Source of the DNA: Escherichia coli
Lineage (GTDB): Bacteria; Pseudomonadota; Gammaproteobacteria; Enterobacterales; Enterobacteriaceae
Strand: one strand, 5' to 3'
DNA: 40,001 nt
NCBI GenBank assembly: GCA_011601165.1
Contig: GCA_011601165.1_4547.1
In this document: in pieces, positions 9,173-19,342 of the stretch
Layout of the letters: every line of letters starts with the position of its first letter
Numbering within the stretch: the first letter of the stretch is position 1
Notes under the pieces: model-generated
Seen by the model: the letters and a program-made list of their open reading frames with translations, nothing else
What the model was told of the DNA's origin: nothing
Database searches by the model: none
Made by a program: the position numbers and the translations under genes

Positions 9173-9611
9173 CGTCCAGACCTCCTGTAGCCATAGCGAC
9201 TGCATATGGCATCAAGGGAACTTTAGGCTCCTCAATACGTTCGAGAGTAACCTCAGGCTTCAGCCATTTGTTGGCGAACTCATGGGCCATGTCGTTGTCC
9301 TCTGAGTTTAGGTGTGACATCAAGCTCCAGAAGTTGGAAGACATTTCGGTCTCCTTCTCAACCGTGCGATACACGTCCCAGTCGTTTACCTCTGAGCCAT
9401 AGCTGTCATCCCACATACCACTAGCTACTATGGTCAGTCCAATGAATGGACGCCACTCATAAGCCTCAGAAGGAGACTCGGCGTAGGACTCCACGGCCTT
9501 CTCGGTCAGGGTGTAAGACCAAGATGCGTAGAACTCAGCGTACTTACGGTGCTCCCTCTCGCACTCACCCATTTCAAGGACCAGCTCTTTCAGACCTTCA
9601 GGTATCTTCAT
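9162..9611 (-). CDS. acidic hypothetical protein, 149 aa, in the gene 5.9 slot
   Basis: ORF coupled to gp5.7 (ATGA overlap); strongly acidic; no family recognised. Confidence 0.6.
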   Translation of the reverse strand: MKIPEGLKELVLEMGECEREHRKYAEFYASWSYTLTEKAVESYAESPSEAYEWRPFIGLTIVASGMWDDSYGSEVNDWDVYRTVEKETEMSSNFWSLMSHLNSEDNDMAHEFANKWLKPEVTLERIEEPKVPLMPYAVAMATGGLDDGC

Positions 9612-9817
9612 AGACAGCCTCCATGTTGATTTAGGAACTTGGTGCCTTCAGCGGTAATCTCCCACGCACCGTTGTTACGCCCGTCCATCGACAGGCAGCT
9701 CAGATGTCCACGACTCGCAGCCTCAGCCACAAGTGCAGCGTTGTTGCGCACATAGTTGGACTGGAAGGTCTTCGGGCAGGACTTAAGGGCCGCAAGGACC
9801 CGAAGGTATTCACTCAT
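9608..9817 (-). CDS. 5.7: gp5.7-like protein
   Basis: 69 aa; MSEYLRVLAALKSCPKTFQSNYVRNNAALVAEAASRGH resembles T7 gp5.7 as recalled. Confidence 0.65.
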   Translation of the reverse strand: MSEYLRVLAALKSCPKTFQSNYVRNNAALVAEAASRGHLSCLSMDGRNNGAWEITAEGTKFLNQHGGCL

Positions 9818-10113
9818 CGTTCGAACTCCACCCGGAAGTTACCAAAGCTCGGCTGGTCAGAGTAATTGCTCAGGTCTTCTTTCAGCCCATCGACGATACC
9901 TTTCTTGAAGACAAGTTCGATTACAGCTTCCAGACCTTCAGTCACGCCAACCTCTACCATCTTGCGCTCAAAACCAGTGGTCTTCTCTCCGTTGAGGACC
10001 TTACGGCTCAGCTCGCAGAGATCCTTCTTGAAGTTCTCCACGTTTTCAGTTGACAACACAGCACCCAGCGAGAACGAAACTCGCATACGTTTGGTCATAG
10101 CCATTAGTGACAC
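9814..10113 (-). CDS. 5.5: gp5.5-like protein
   Basis: 99 aa ORF at the T7 5.5 position, same length. Confidence 0.55.
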   Translation of the reverse strand: MSLMAMTKRMRVSFSLGAVLSTENVENFKKDLCELSRKVLNGEKTTGFERKMVEVGVTEGLEAVIELVFKKGIVDGLKEDLSNYSDQPSFGNFRVEFER

Positions 10114-10385
10114 TCCTTCTTGACAAGTTTGCGCTCGCGGTTCGTCTTAATAACGTGCTCACGCTTAGGAATACATTGCAGATGCTCAACGTTACAGCAC
10201 CCACGGTTCAAGCACAAATGGTCTATCTCGTAGCCATCTGGTATCGGTCCGCACTTCTGCTCCCAGACCCATCGGTGGAACATGAACGCGAACTTATTCC
10301 CCTTTCGGTAGCTTCCCATAGAGTACCGGAAGTACCCGTCATGGTTCCTCTTATGAGATACGCAGACAATACATCCGGTAGGCAT
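10104..10385 (-). CDS. HNH endonuclease (gp5.3-like position)
   Basis: Cys/His motifs …DHLCLNRGCCNVEHL…; start reset to ATG 10385 (MPTGCIV) downstream of the DNA polymerase stop. Confidence 0.7.
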   Translation of the reverse strand: MPTGCIVCVSHKRNHDGYFRYSMGSYRKGNKFAFMFHRWVWEQKCGPIPDGYEIDHLCLNRGCCNVEHLQCIPKREHVIKTNRERKLVKKECH

Positions 10386-10416
10386 GGTGTGAAACCTCAA
10401 GGTCTGAGTGCGTTGG

Positions 10417-12588
10417 TCAATGACACTCTTTCCACGTTGGTCCAATCTTACCCTCCGTATCAAGTTCACACTTGAAGTTATAGAAGCGCCCGACCTCACG
10501 CATTGCCTCTTGCGCAATACGGACGACATCTTCGGCTATCTTCTGAGTACGACACGCAATCTGTAATTCGTCGTGAATCCAAGCCATTAACGCAAAGTCA
10601 CCATCCCATCCGTTACCGTAGCCAGCTTCCTCAAGTTTCTTCTCCGTCAGCACCATCCAGTGCTTACATACTACCGCACCATCACCCTGAAGTAAGGCGT
10701 TCAGTGCTGAGTGTGGAGACCGGATGTGAATGCGGCGACCATCCAGACCTTTCAGCCAGCGACGTTTCCACTTCACGATATTCTCACCATCTACCCACTT
10801 CGATTCTGAGATGAGCGTGTTCTGCACAGCTTCCCTGAGGTCCTTGATAGCTGGTGTACCCTCAATGAATTTCTTCATCAGGGCCGCACCTTCCTTCTTA
10901 CCACCGCCAACTATCAGTCCAATCTTAGCGGCCCCTGCACCATACAGGAACGCATAGATGAACGTCTTAGCGTTGTTACGGAAAGCATCATGGTCGTGGT
11001 TCGACTTATCGCGTGGGACGTTAGGTGCTAACCCAGCGTTGACTGCGTTGGCCCAGTGGATATCACCTTCGACCACAGTCTTCGCATAGTCGCCACCATC
11101 AAACGGAGCAGCTCGGTTTCCCAGACAACGAAGCTCAAGACCTGAAGCATCCACGCCTACTTGAATCCAAGGGTCTGGCTTACCGTCCTTCTTGTTCCAC
11201 GCTGCACCGAAAGCACCACGGCAAGTCTCACCATACGGAGCACCGTTAGCCGGGACCTGAGCCATGTTTGGTGAACTATGGGTCGCACGTCCGGTTACTG
11301 CACCACATGGGTTGATTGAACCGTGCATACGTCCGTCTGGACCTACAAGTTTCAACCATGCGTTCTTACCTTCAGCAGCCTGACCTATGCGCTTCTGGAC
11401 CACCAGATACTCACGGACCAGCTCTACGCAAGCCTGAGCCTCTGCGTCTGGTAACTTAACGTGTTCTAACGTCTCGTCATCGACTACAGGTTTCCCGGTG
11501 TCAGTGAAGTCCACAGGCTCCCAGCCACGCTCCATCAGGACTTTCGCTAAGTGGTCTCCGCTTCCCGGATTAAACTCAACGTAAGTGATTGGCGTGAATG
11601 GCGCTCCCTCCATCGTGTCTCGCGTATCGCGTTCACGAGGTTCAAGACCTAAGCGTTGAGCTTTGTTCTTAGGCTTCTTAAAGATGCCACCGACCTTAGG
11701 ATACACGACTCTCGGATACTTCGGAAGGTCCTTACCTGTTCGTGGATGCCTGAAGAACTCCTTGCCTCCCTTTGGTGCATACCAGCTACCGAAAGTCGAG
11801 CGCAGCTTGTCAAGCAACTCCGCACGTTTGACAGTGAGTTCACGATATAAGCCTTCGACCATCTCGGTGTTCATCGGATAGCCGTTACGCTCCATCTTCG
11901 CACAGGTCCACGCAGCATCATGTTCCAGACGCAACGCATAAATCTGTTCGAAAGCGAACTGTTCAGACTGGAAGTAATACTTGTCAGTCAGGAACTTCTT
12001 GAACAACGCCAGTGTAACCACAACGTCTTGAACGTTATAGTCCAGCATCTCCTGAGACGGGAACAACCATTCGTCACCAGCCTTATATTCGATACCTTCG
12101 GCCTTGCACTTGGCAATGTAATCGTGTTTGTACTCACCCTTCATCTCACCTAGACGATAGCCCCAAGCCTCAAGAGACTGGCGTCCCATCAGCTTAGGAG
12201 GCAGACGACCAGCTTTCACTGCGCCCATGTCTGAGAACTTAATGTTGGGATACATCAAGCGGCCCAGAACCAAGGTATCAATCATCTTGTGTTTCGGGAA
12301 GTTAAATCGTTTCCCAAAGTACAGACGCTTCAGTTTGTCTATAGCTGGTACGTCATAGTTGATACCGTTATGGAAGACCAACATACCCGTAGGTGTTGCC
12401 GCGATCTCTTCCACCTTCTGTACATACTCTTTGAAGCCACCGACGATACCGACCATCGGCGCTACCCCATACTTAAGGGTCTCATTCGACTCGGCATTAA
12501 TCAGGACCCCACAATGGAACTGGGACACGGTGTCAAGGAGACCGTTGGTCTCGATGTCCGAACCCCAAATATCCTTAAGGTCAAACAT
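10417..12588 (-). CDS. 5: DNA polymerase (T7 gp5)
   Basis: 723 aa; exonuclease and polymerase motifs; resembles T7 gp5 as recalled (…DIETNGLL…FHNG..YDVPA…KLMERQSLEAWGYRLGEMKGEYK…). Confidence 0.95.
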   Translation of the reverse strand: MFDLKDIWGSDIETNGLLDTVSQFHCGVLINAESNETLKYGVAPMVGIVGGFKEYVQKVEEIAATPTGMLVFHNGINYDVPAIDKLKRLYFGKRFNFPKHKMIDTLVLGRLMYPNIKFSDMGAVKAGRLPPKLMGRQSLEAWGYRLGEMKGEYKHDYIAKCKAEGIEYKAGDEWLFPSQEMLDYNVQDVVVTLALFKKFLTDKYYFQSEQFAFEQIYALRLEHDAAWTCAKMERNGYPMNTEMVEGLYRELTVKRAELLDKLRSTFGSWYAPKGGKEFFRHPRTGKDLPKYPRVVYPKVGGIFKKPKNKAQRLGLEPRERDTRDTMEGAPFTPITYVEFNPGSGDHLAKVLMERGWEPVDFTDTGKPVVDDETLEHVKLPDAEAQACVELVREYLVVQKRIGQAAEGKNAWLKLVGPDGRMHGSINPCGAVTGRATHSSPNMAQVPANGAPYGETCRGAFGAAWNKKDGKPDPWIQVGVDASGLELRCLGNRAAPFDGGDYAKTVVEGDIHWANAVNAGLAPNVPRDKSNHDHDAFRNNAKTFIYAFLYGAGAAKIGLIVGGGKKEGAALMKKFIEGTPAIKDLREAVQNTLISESKWVDGENIVKWKRRWLKGLDGRRIHIRSPHSALNALLQGDGAVVCKHWMVLTEKKLEEAGYGNGWDGDFALMAWIHDELQIACRTQKIAEDVVRIAQEAMREVGRFYNFKCELDTEGKIGPTWKECH

Positions 12589-12604
12589 GGTTAATCCTCC
12601 GCTT

Positions 12605-12650
12605 TAGTCTAATCATAAAGGCCACTCGATGTGAATGACCTTGAGTCTAG
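12605..12650 (-). promoter_or_regulatory. conserved RNA hairpin, candidate RNase III site upstream of gene 5
   Basis: mRNA GACTCAAGGTCAT…GTGGCCTTTATGATTAGACT; one of four copies of the AAGGTCA/TGGCCTT stem. Confidence 0.5.
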
Positions 12651-12652
12651 AC

Positions 12653-12817
12653 CTAGAAGTCTGTACGCAAGAAGTGATACATGAACTTCCGGTTAGCTTT
12701 CTTCCATGCCTCAGAGTTGAACCGCTGGTCTCCCAGAATGTTCGACAGGCAGGTAGCTTCATCGCTCCACCATTTGTACATGAACCGATGGTATCGAGCT
12801 TTAAGTTTCTTAAACAC
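12653..12817 (-). CDS. small basic protein, 54 aa (gene 4.x region)
   Basis: GTG start 7 nt after GGAGG; MFKKLKARYHRFMYKWWSDEATCLS…; not in ORF track (under 60 aa). Confidence 0.4.
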   Translation of the reverse strand: MFKKLKARYHRFMYKWWSDEATCLSNILGDQRFNSEAWKKANRKFMYHFLRTDF

Positions 12818-12859
12818 TAACGGTCCTCCGTAAAATTCTTATAGTCAGCGATGTCCCGA

Positions 12860-14563
<1,704 letters not shown>

Positions 14564-14610
14564 TCACTCCTTAATCACAAATGCGAACAGAGGGACAGGA
14601 CTCACGGTCC

Positions 14611-14633
14611 CATCCCTAAGGTGATAGTTTAGG
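14611..14633 (-). promoter_or_regulatory. variant phage RNAP promoter upstream of gene 4
   Basis: CCTAAACTATCACCTTAGGGATG; differs from consensus at -3/-4, probably weaker. Confidence 0.55.
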
Positions 14634-14844
14634 CTTTGAAGAACTGAGATAACTGCTCAGCTTTGGTGTCAGCCTGACGCGCCTTCATGCCAGCTTCCAG
14701 TGACGCGATTCTCAGCTTGTCAGCCAGAGCAGCAGCATCAGCCGCACCGTCAGCAGTCTTCTTTGCTACCTTTCGTTCCATAACCGCAGCACGACGATAA
14801 CCACGCACCACCAGACGACCAAGAAATTCGATAAGTTTAATCAT
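14629..14844 (-). CDS. hypothetical protein, 71 aa
   Basis: ATG with SD AAGGAG spacing 8; alanine/lysine-rich, helical. Confidence 0.6.
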   Translation of the reverse strand: MIKLIEFLGRLVVRGYRRAAVMERKVAKKTADGAADAAALADKLRIASLEAGMKARQADTKAEQLSQFFKA

Positions 14845-14866
14845 TTAGTGTTCTCCTTGGAGTTTA

Positions 14867-15325
14867 TTAACCGTGGTCGGAAGTGACCAGTTCATCGGTA
14901 GATAGCCAGCGCTGTAAGTCAAAACTTGGACACGCCTTGGGTGCTACGTCATGGTGCGCTTTTATTTCTGCCTGAGGATACAGGACCTTCAGGTCAGCCA
15001 GCTTGTTGCGTAGGGATGTCATCTGGGCCTGAGTGAAGTTGGCTTCAAACTTGCCCTTAGCGTCAATTCCACCTACAAGGCAGACGCCTACAGACCGGGA
15101 GTTCCAATCTTTAACATGTGACCCTACGACATTGACCGGGCGGCCCTCTTCCACAGTCCCATCTCGCTTGATGATAAAGTGGTATCCTACGTCCAGCCAG
15201 CCCTGCTGCTTATGCCACATACGGATAGTCTCTACCCCGATGTCCATCTCTGGCTTGGTAGCCGAACAGTGAACGAAGATAGCGTCAGTCCGGGACCGTG
15301 GGTTGAACTTCACTTTACTCACCAT
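14867..15325 (-). CDS. 3.5: lysozyme / N-acetylmuramoyl-L-alanine amidase (T7 gp3.5)
   Basis: …DAIFVHCSATKP…GWLDVGYHFIIKRDGTVEEGR…HHDVAPKACPSFDL… closely resembles T7 lysozyme as recalled. Confidence 0.95.
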   Translation of the reverse strand: MVSKVKFNPRSRTDAIFVHCSATKPEMDIGVETIRMWHKQQGWLDVGYHFIIKRDGTVEEGRPVNVVGSHVKDWNSRSVGVCLVGGIDAKGKFEANFTQAQMTSLRNKLADLKVLYPQAEIKAHHDVAPKACPSFDLQRWLSTDELVTSDHG

Positions 15326-15539
15326 CGTACACCACCAGCTCTACAGCTACGAGGTTCAGATGACGTTGGAAGCGGGTAGCATCCGTGGTGTGCATCTGTA
15401 GTAACTTATGGTTGAAGACGTGAGAGTTACTAATCTTCACGTACACTTCACCCGGCTTACCGTGGATGATAAACGCATAGCCTACCGGGATTTTATCAAT
15501 GGTCAGACGCTTACGAACGACCTTAACTTCCTGAGTCAT
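15315..15539 (-). CDS. hypothetical protein, 74 aa, between genes 3 and 3.5
   Basis: ATG overlaps endonuclease I stop (TGATG); SD GGGAG. Confidence 0.5.
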   Translation of the reverse strand: MTQEVKVVRKRLTIDKIPVGYAFIIHGKPGEVYVKISNSHVFNHKLLQMHTTDATRFQRHLNLVAVELVVYDGE

Positions 15540-15991
15540 CACTTAACTCCTTTCTTCTTGGGGATGAGTATACCTGAAGGCAGACGTACAGTCGCCTCTC
15601 TAAGCCACTCAACCGGGATGAACTTATCGGCATATTTATAGCCGTTCTTTTCGCACCATGCGCCATACGTGGTCGGAGACCCTTTGTATAACTTGGAGCG
15701 GGAACTTGAGAACACGAACCGGATGTCTAACTCTGGGTACTGTTCTCGTACCAGAAGGTGCTTCTTACGGTCATCGCTATCGAAGATACCTTTGGTCTCA
15801 ACGATGATACCGTTAGGAAGGATAAAGTCTGGTGTGTACTTGTGGTCGGAAGCCGGAATCACATAGTTGATATAATGGCTTTCGTACTCCGCTTTGACGC
15901 CGTTCTGTTCCAGCCACTGCTGGTTCTTGGCTTCAAGTCCAGAGCGGTAGGCACCCACAGAGTGCCCCCGTTTTGCAGACCATTGGGCCAT
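15539..15991 (-). CDS. 3: endonuclease I (T7 gp3)
   Basis: 150 aa; …YVIPAS.HKYTPDF.LPNGI.VETKG….DDRKKHLL.REQ.PELDIR.VFSS… as T7 gp3 as recalled. Confidence 0.9.
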   Translation of the reverse strand: MAQWSAKRGHSVGAYRSGLEAKNQQWLEQNGVKAEYESHYINYVIPASDHKYTPDFILPNGIIVETKGIFDSDDRKKHLLVREQYPELDIRFVFSSSRSKLYKGSPTTYGAWCEKNGYKYADKFIPVEWLREATVRLPSGILIPKKKGVK

Positions 15992-16689
15992 TAGAAGTCG
16001 TAATCGCCACCAGAGCCAGAGTCGTCACCACCTTCGGAGCCATCGTCACCGAAGTCGTCAGACCCGAAGTCGCCATCGGTTGACGCTTTGTAGCCAGTAC
16101 CGAGGTCTTCATCATCACCCCAGCCACCATCACCACCAGCACCATCACCTTTCCACTCCTTCAGTTCTACCAGAAGGCAGGACTCAAGCTGGAGCTTAAC
16201 GCTTGCACCAGTCGCCGCGTTCCACTTAAACGGCAGGACTTTGAACTTGACCTTCAGCTTAGACCCAGCGCCAATATTCGGGACGTCACGGATGAGTTTA
16301 GCATCGGTGTCGTAGAACCGTAATATGATAGGCTCGGACTTGCCGTCTTTCAGGTAAGACGCAAAGCATTTAAACTTCAGGGTAACAGTACCGTCACCAT
16401 TCTCAATCCACGGCATATCGCCTTCACGCGGTTCGATAGGCTTCTTGCCACGCTGAACCTGAGGTGGGTTCTTCTCGTGGTCTGCGAGTGCTTTCGCATA
16501 CGCATCGTCGTGAATCTTCTGTAAGACATCAATCATCTTACGAACCTTCGGGTCATCCAGACTGAAAGTCAGGTTAACCTTATGCTCACCACGCTCATTA
16601 AACTTGGTGTCTGCTTTGTTCAGCCATGCGTAAGGCTCAACGATACCAGCTACCGGAGTGGTGAAAGTCTTCAGTTGCTCTTTAGCCAT
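15991..16689 (-). CDS. 2.5: single-stranded DNA-binding protein (T7 gp2.5)
   Basis: 232 aa; acidic C-terminal tail ending DYDF; …GASVKLQLES… as T7 gp2.5 as recalled. Confidence 0.9.
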   Translation of the reverse strand: MAKEQLKTFTTPVAGIVEPYAWLNKADTKFNERGEHKVNLTFSLDDPKVRKMIDVLQKIHDDAYAKALADHEKNPPQVQRGKKPIEPREGDMPWIENGDGTVTLKFKCFASYLKDGKSEPIILRFYDTDAKLIRDVPNIGAGSKLKVKFKVLPFKWNAATGASVKLQLESCLLVELKEWKGDGAGGDGGWGDDEDLGTGYKASTDGDFGSDDFGDDGSEGGDDSGSGGDYDF

Positions 16690-16728
16690 CAGTGTAAATC
16701 TCCTAATTTAAAGTTACGAACTGGACGT

Positions 16729-16751
16729 CTGTCCTACAGTGATAGTTTAGG
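16729..16751 (-). promoter_or_regulatory. phage RNAP promoter (phi2.5 equivalent), variant
   Basis: CCTAAACTATCACTGTAGGAC. Confidence 0.65.
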
Positions 16752-16905
16752 TCTCAGGACGAATCCGTCCGACCACAAACCCTGCATCCTCATACTCTTG
16801 GGACTTCAGGGTAGCCTCTTCAAGAGACTTTGCGTACACCGGAACCTCGAAGGATTGAACTCGACCCTCAAGCTCCACGATGTACTTCTTCTCAACCTCA
16901 GTCAT
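16747..16905 (-). CDS. 2: host RNA polymerase inhibitor (T7 gp2-like)
   Basis: 52 aa [52 protein letters not shown]; SFEVP.YA..L.EA…GF.V.R.RP matches T7 gp2 as recalled; SD AAGGAG. Confidence 0.75.
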   Translation of the reverse strand: MTEVEKKYIVELEGRVQSFEVPVYAKSLEEATLKSQEYEDAGFVVGRIRPET

Positions 16906-16983
16906 AAACCTCGCTCCTTCCAATGGTTATATAACGTAATGTAGTCCGGGTTGAGAGTCTTCTCATACATCTCCCGGCACCAC

Positions 16984-17409
16984 TCACTCGGCAGCATAGC
17001 ATTTACCTTTATGTTGGTCGAACAGCTCCTGATAGAAGGCTGCTTTGTTCAGGTCCTTCTCCATAGTAGCCAGCTCTGACTTCTTACCAGCCCGGAGTCG
17101 ATACTTCAGGACGTTACCCATGCAGAAACCACGGAACTCACTCACAGTCATTGACCGTGCGATAATCTCAATGGATTCCACGCCATCAAAGACCTGATAG
17201 TGAGATGGCTTGCGCACACCATCATCTTCACTGCATATTCCCACAGAGGCCCGTAAGTCACGAAGGGTTTTGTACTCGCCATTACCCAATGGGCATTGGT
17301 CGCATGATACTCCCATGCAATACACACCGTTACCGCAGCTAGCTTCGTCTATTGCGTTAACGTTAAGTGCCAGAAGTTCTTTGGCAACAGTTGGTTTAAG
17401 GTTAGCCAT
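16984..17409 (-). CDS. 1.7: gp1.7-like protein (DUF3310-type, putative nucleotide kinase) with N-terminal Cys-rich zinc ribbon
   Basis: start reset to ATG 17409 (MANLK); …IEIIARSMTVSEFRGFCMGNVLKYRLRAGKK…; family assignment from memory. Confidence 0.6.
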   Translation of the reverse strand: MANLKPTVAKELLALNVNAIDEASCGNGVYCMGVSCDQCPLGNGEYKTLRDLRASVGICSEDDGVRKPSHYQVFDGVESIEIIARSMTVSEFRGFCMGNVLKYRLRAGKKSELATMEKDLNKAAFYQELFDQHKGKCYAAE

Positions 17410-17662
17410 TGACCACCTCCTTAACGAACTCAACGAACAGACGAACGCGGGGCCACTTAGTGTAGACCACGGGTACATTGGTCTCACGATTCTGGCGAGC
17501 CTCTTCAGCTTTGCCAGGAGTAATCAGAGCGAATACTGTAGGTGATAACTTAACGGCCTTCCCAAAGTATCCAAGCTTCTCGTTGCGCTTAATGCAAGCG
17601 AACGGGTTGTTGGACAGGTGGAAGGTATCGGTATAACGATTGAACATTAAGTTCTTAGACAT
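17402..17662 (-). CDS. hypothetical protein, 86 aa (gene 1.6 position)
   Basis: ATG with SD AAGGAG, 30 nt after promoter +1. Confidence 0.6.
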   Translation of the reverse strand: MSKNLMFNRYTDTFHLSNNPFACIKRNEKLGYFGKAVKLSPTVFALITPGKAEEARQNRETNVPVVYTKWPRVRLFVEFVKEVVNG

Positions 17663-17686
17663 AAAGTCTCCTTAGGTTGTTGATGG

Positions 17687-17709
17687 TTGTCCTATAGTGA
17701 TAGCTTAGG
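17687..17709 (-). promoter_or_regulatory. phage RNAP promoter (phi1.5/1.6 equivalent)
   Basis: CCTAAGCTATCACTATAGGACAA. Confidence 0.75.
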
Positions 17710-17720
17710 GTCTAGCTGGT

Positions 17721-17752
17721 GGTCCAGACGCAAAGAAACCCAGCAGTCCGAA
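17721..17752 (-). terminator. intrinsic terminator after ligase gene (early terminator TE equivalent)
   Basis: mRNA CCCAGTGGTC-TTCG-GACTGCTGGG then TTTCTTTG; 10-bp stem with two G-U pairs and a UUCG tetraloop. Confidence 0.7.
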
Positions 17753-17773
17753 GACCACTGGGTTGACGTTTAG

Positions 17774-18811
17774 TTAACTCTTAACGGTTGGATTGTCTTC
17801 CGTCCCACGCCAGCACTTGAAGCTTGGATGACGAAGGGAACCATCTGGGAACCGCTCCATGAAGAGGACTTCACACTGCCATCCTTCATAGGCGTGGTTG
17901 TCACCGTTTAGCTCCTGAGTCTTAACAGCTAGTGTGAACTCGTCCTTCTGTTCTTCAGTCAGACCGCAAGCGTTAACCACCATGCCATCTTCCAGTAGAA
18001 CCTCAAAGCCGATGATCTTACCTTCGTTAGCCTTACCCGGAGTCCCCCACACGAGTCCAACCACAGTACCATCAATGGTGTCTTCAGGCTTCATTTTCCA
18101 CATGCCTGACTTCTTGCCACGCTTCCACTTACCCAGTGGGTCCTTGACTACCAGACCCTCATGTCCTTCCAGACGCTTCTCTTCGTACAGGGAGTTGAGC
18201 GACTCAAGGTCATAGACCGTGTGTGACTCAGACAGAACCCAGTCGATTTCCGGGAAGTATTTCTGGAGGAGAGGGACGATAGCTTCGGCCTTCAGGCGTG
18301 TGACGCTATGAATAGGACCTTCTGCTTTCGGGTCAGCAATGGTTGTCATATCGACGACACCGTAAACCACAACCTTAAGTCGTGACCGGTCGACCCAGAA
18401 CGGGACCTTCTTGCCACGTCCCGGATAGCATTCAGCGAACTCCTCGTTGCTAGGCTTGAGCCACTTGGTTCGAATTAGACCTGAGGAGGTGTTGAAGTCT
18501 ACACCTTTGACCATGACCTCGCCATCAATCATCAAGCCTACCCCTTCGTAGCCAGCTTGACGCAGGAACCATCGCCAGCCAGCTTGGGTCCACGCATTCT
18601 CTAACTCAGAGTTCATCCACTCCAAAGCAGGCAGAGGTTTCGACTCACGGCTCAGCCAGTATGTCTCACCTTCACGAAGTACCATGAGGTTTAAACGCAC
18701 ACCGTCATACTTCACCTCAGCTTCCAGAGACCCGGCTGCCGCCAGTGCCTTCTTAATGCCAGACTCAGAGTAATCTACAGCGCGGTGTGGGTTAGTTTTG
18801 ATAGTTGTCAT
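17774..18811 (-). CDS. 1.3: ATP-dependent DNA ligase (T7 gp1.3)
   Basis: 345 aa; adenylation motif KYDGVR; resembles T7 ligase as recalled. Confidence 0.9.
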   Translation of the reverse strand: MTTIKTNPHRAVDYSESGIKKALAAAGSLEAEVKYDGVRLNLMVLREGETYWLSRESKPLPALEWMNSELENAWTQAGWRWFLRQAGYEGVGLMIDGEVMVKGVDFNTSSGLIRTKWLKPSNEEFAECYPGRGKKVPFWVDRSRLKVVVYGVVDMTTIADPKAEGPIHSVTRLKAEAIVPLLQKYFPEIDWVLSESHTVYDLESLNSLYEEKRLEGHEGLVVKDPLGKWKRGKKSGMWKMKPEDTIDGTVVGLVWGTPGKANEGKIIGFEVLLEDGMVVNACGLTEEQKDEFTLAVKTQELNGDNHAYEGWQCEVLFMERFPDGSLRHPSFKCWRGTEDNPTVKS

Positions 18812-19062
18812 TATTTCCAGCTCCTATAAGCGTTCAATTGTTGTAAGCACCATTGCTCACAGCTAAAGATTTCATCTTCGGTAAATTCGCGGGAGACCAG
18901 AAGACTCCCACCGTCTGCTTCAATGATTCGGACCAGAGTTTTTCCGGAGCACGGCGAGTCATCCATTAGGACATCAAGTCCTGCCTCACTCATCTCGCGG
19001 TGAGTCCGGCCTAGCGCTGACCACTGGCTCGTGGATGCGTCGAATAACCAACGTTTACTCAT
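18811..19062 (-). CDS. 1.2: gp1.2-like protein
   Basis: 83 aa ORF between 1.1 and ligase, ends …WK; position-based. Confidence 0.5.
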   Translation of the reverse strand: MSKRWLFDASTSQWSALGRTHREMSEAGLDVLMDDSPCSGKTLVRIIEADGGSLLVSREFTEDEIFSCEQWCLQQLNAYRSWK

Positions 19063-19065
19063 GGC

Positions 19066-19245
19066 TTATACTCCTACGAAGTATTTCTCTTGGTTGACCA
19101 GAGAGTCTTTGCCTTCAGCGTTACGGAAAGCGCCCTTTACACCACCACCACGTTTAGTCTTGTTCAGCTTGCGTCCCTTAGGAATGTAACCTTCAGTCTG
19201 CTGACGTTCACGGATGCGCTCAAAGTTGATAGTGTTCTGATACAT
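19066..19245 (-). CDS. 1.1: gp1.1-like basic protein, 59 aa
   Basis: MYQNTINFERIRERQQTEGYIPKGRKLNKTKRGGG…; KGRKLNKTKR matches T7 gp1.1 as recalled; missed by ORF track. Confidence 0.65.
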   Translation of the reverse strand: MYQNTINFERIRERQQTEGYIPKGRKLNKTKRGGGVKGAFRNAEGKDSLVNQEKYFVGV

Positions 19246-19279
19246 ATGGCTAAATCTCCAGTAGTGTTTATTTAGGGTT

Positions 19280-19320
19280 AATCATGAAGGCCACGACTTT
19301 TAGTCATGACCTTTAGTCTA
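19280..19320 (-). promoter_or_regulatory. conserved RNA hairpin, candidate RNase III site (R1.1 equivalent)
   Basis: mRNA AAGGTCATGACTAAAAGTCGTGGCCTT. Confidence 0.5.
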
Positions 19321-19341
19321 ATCCTATAGTGATAGTTTAGG
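19319..19341 (-). promoter_or_regulatory. phage RNAP promoter (phi1.1 equivalent)
   Basis: CCTAAACTATCACTATAGGAT. Confidence 0.8.
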
Positions 19342-19342
19342 G

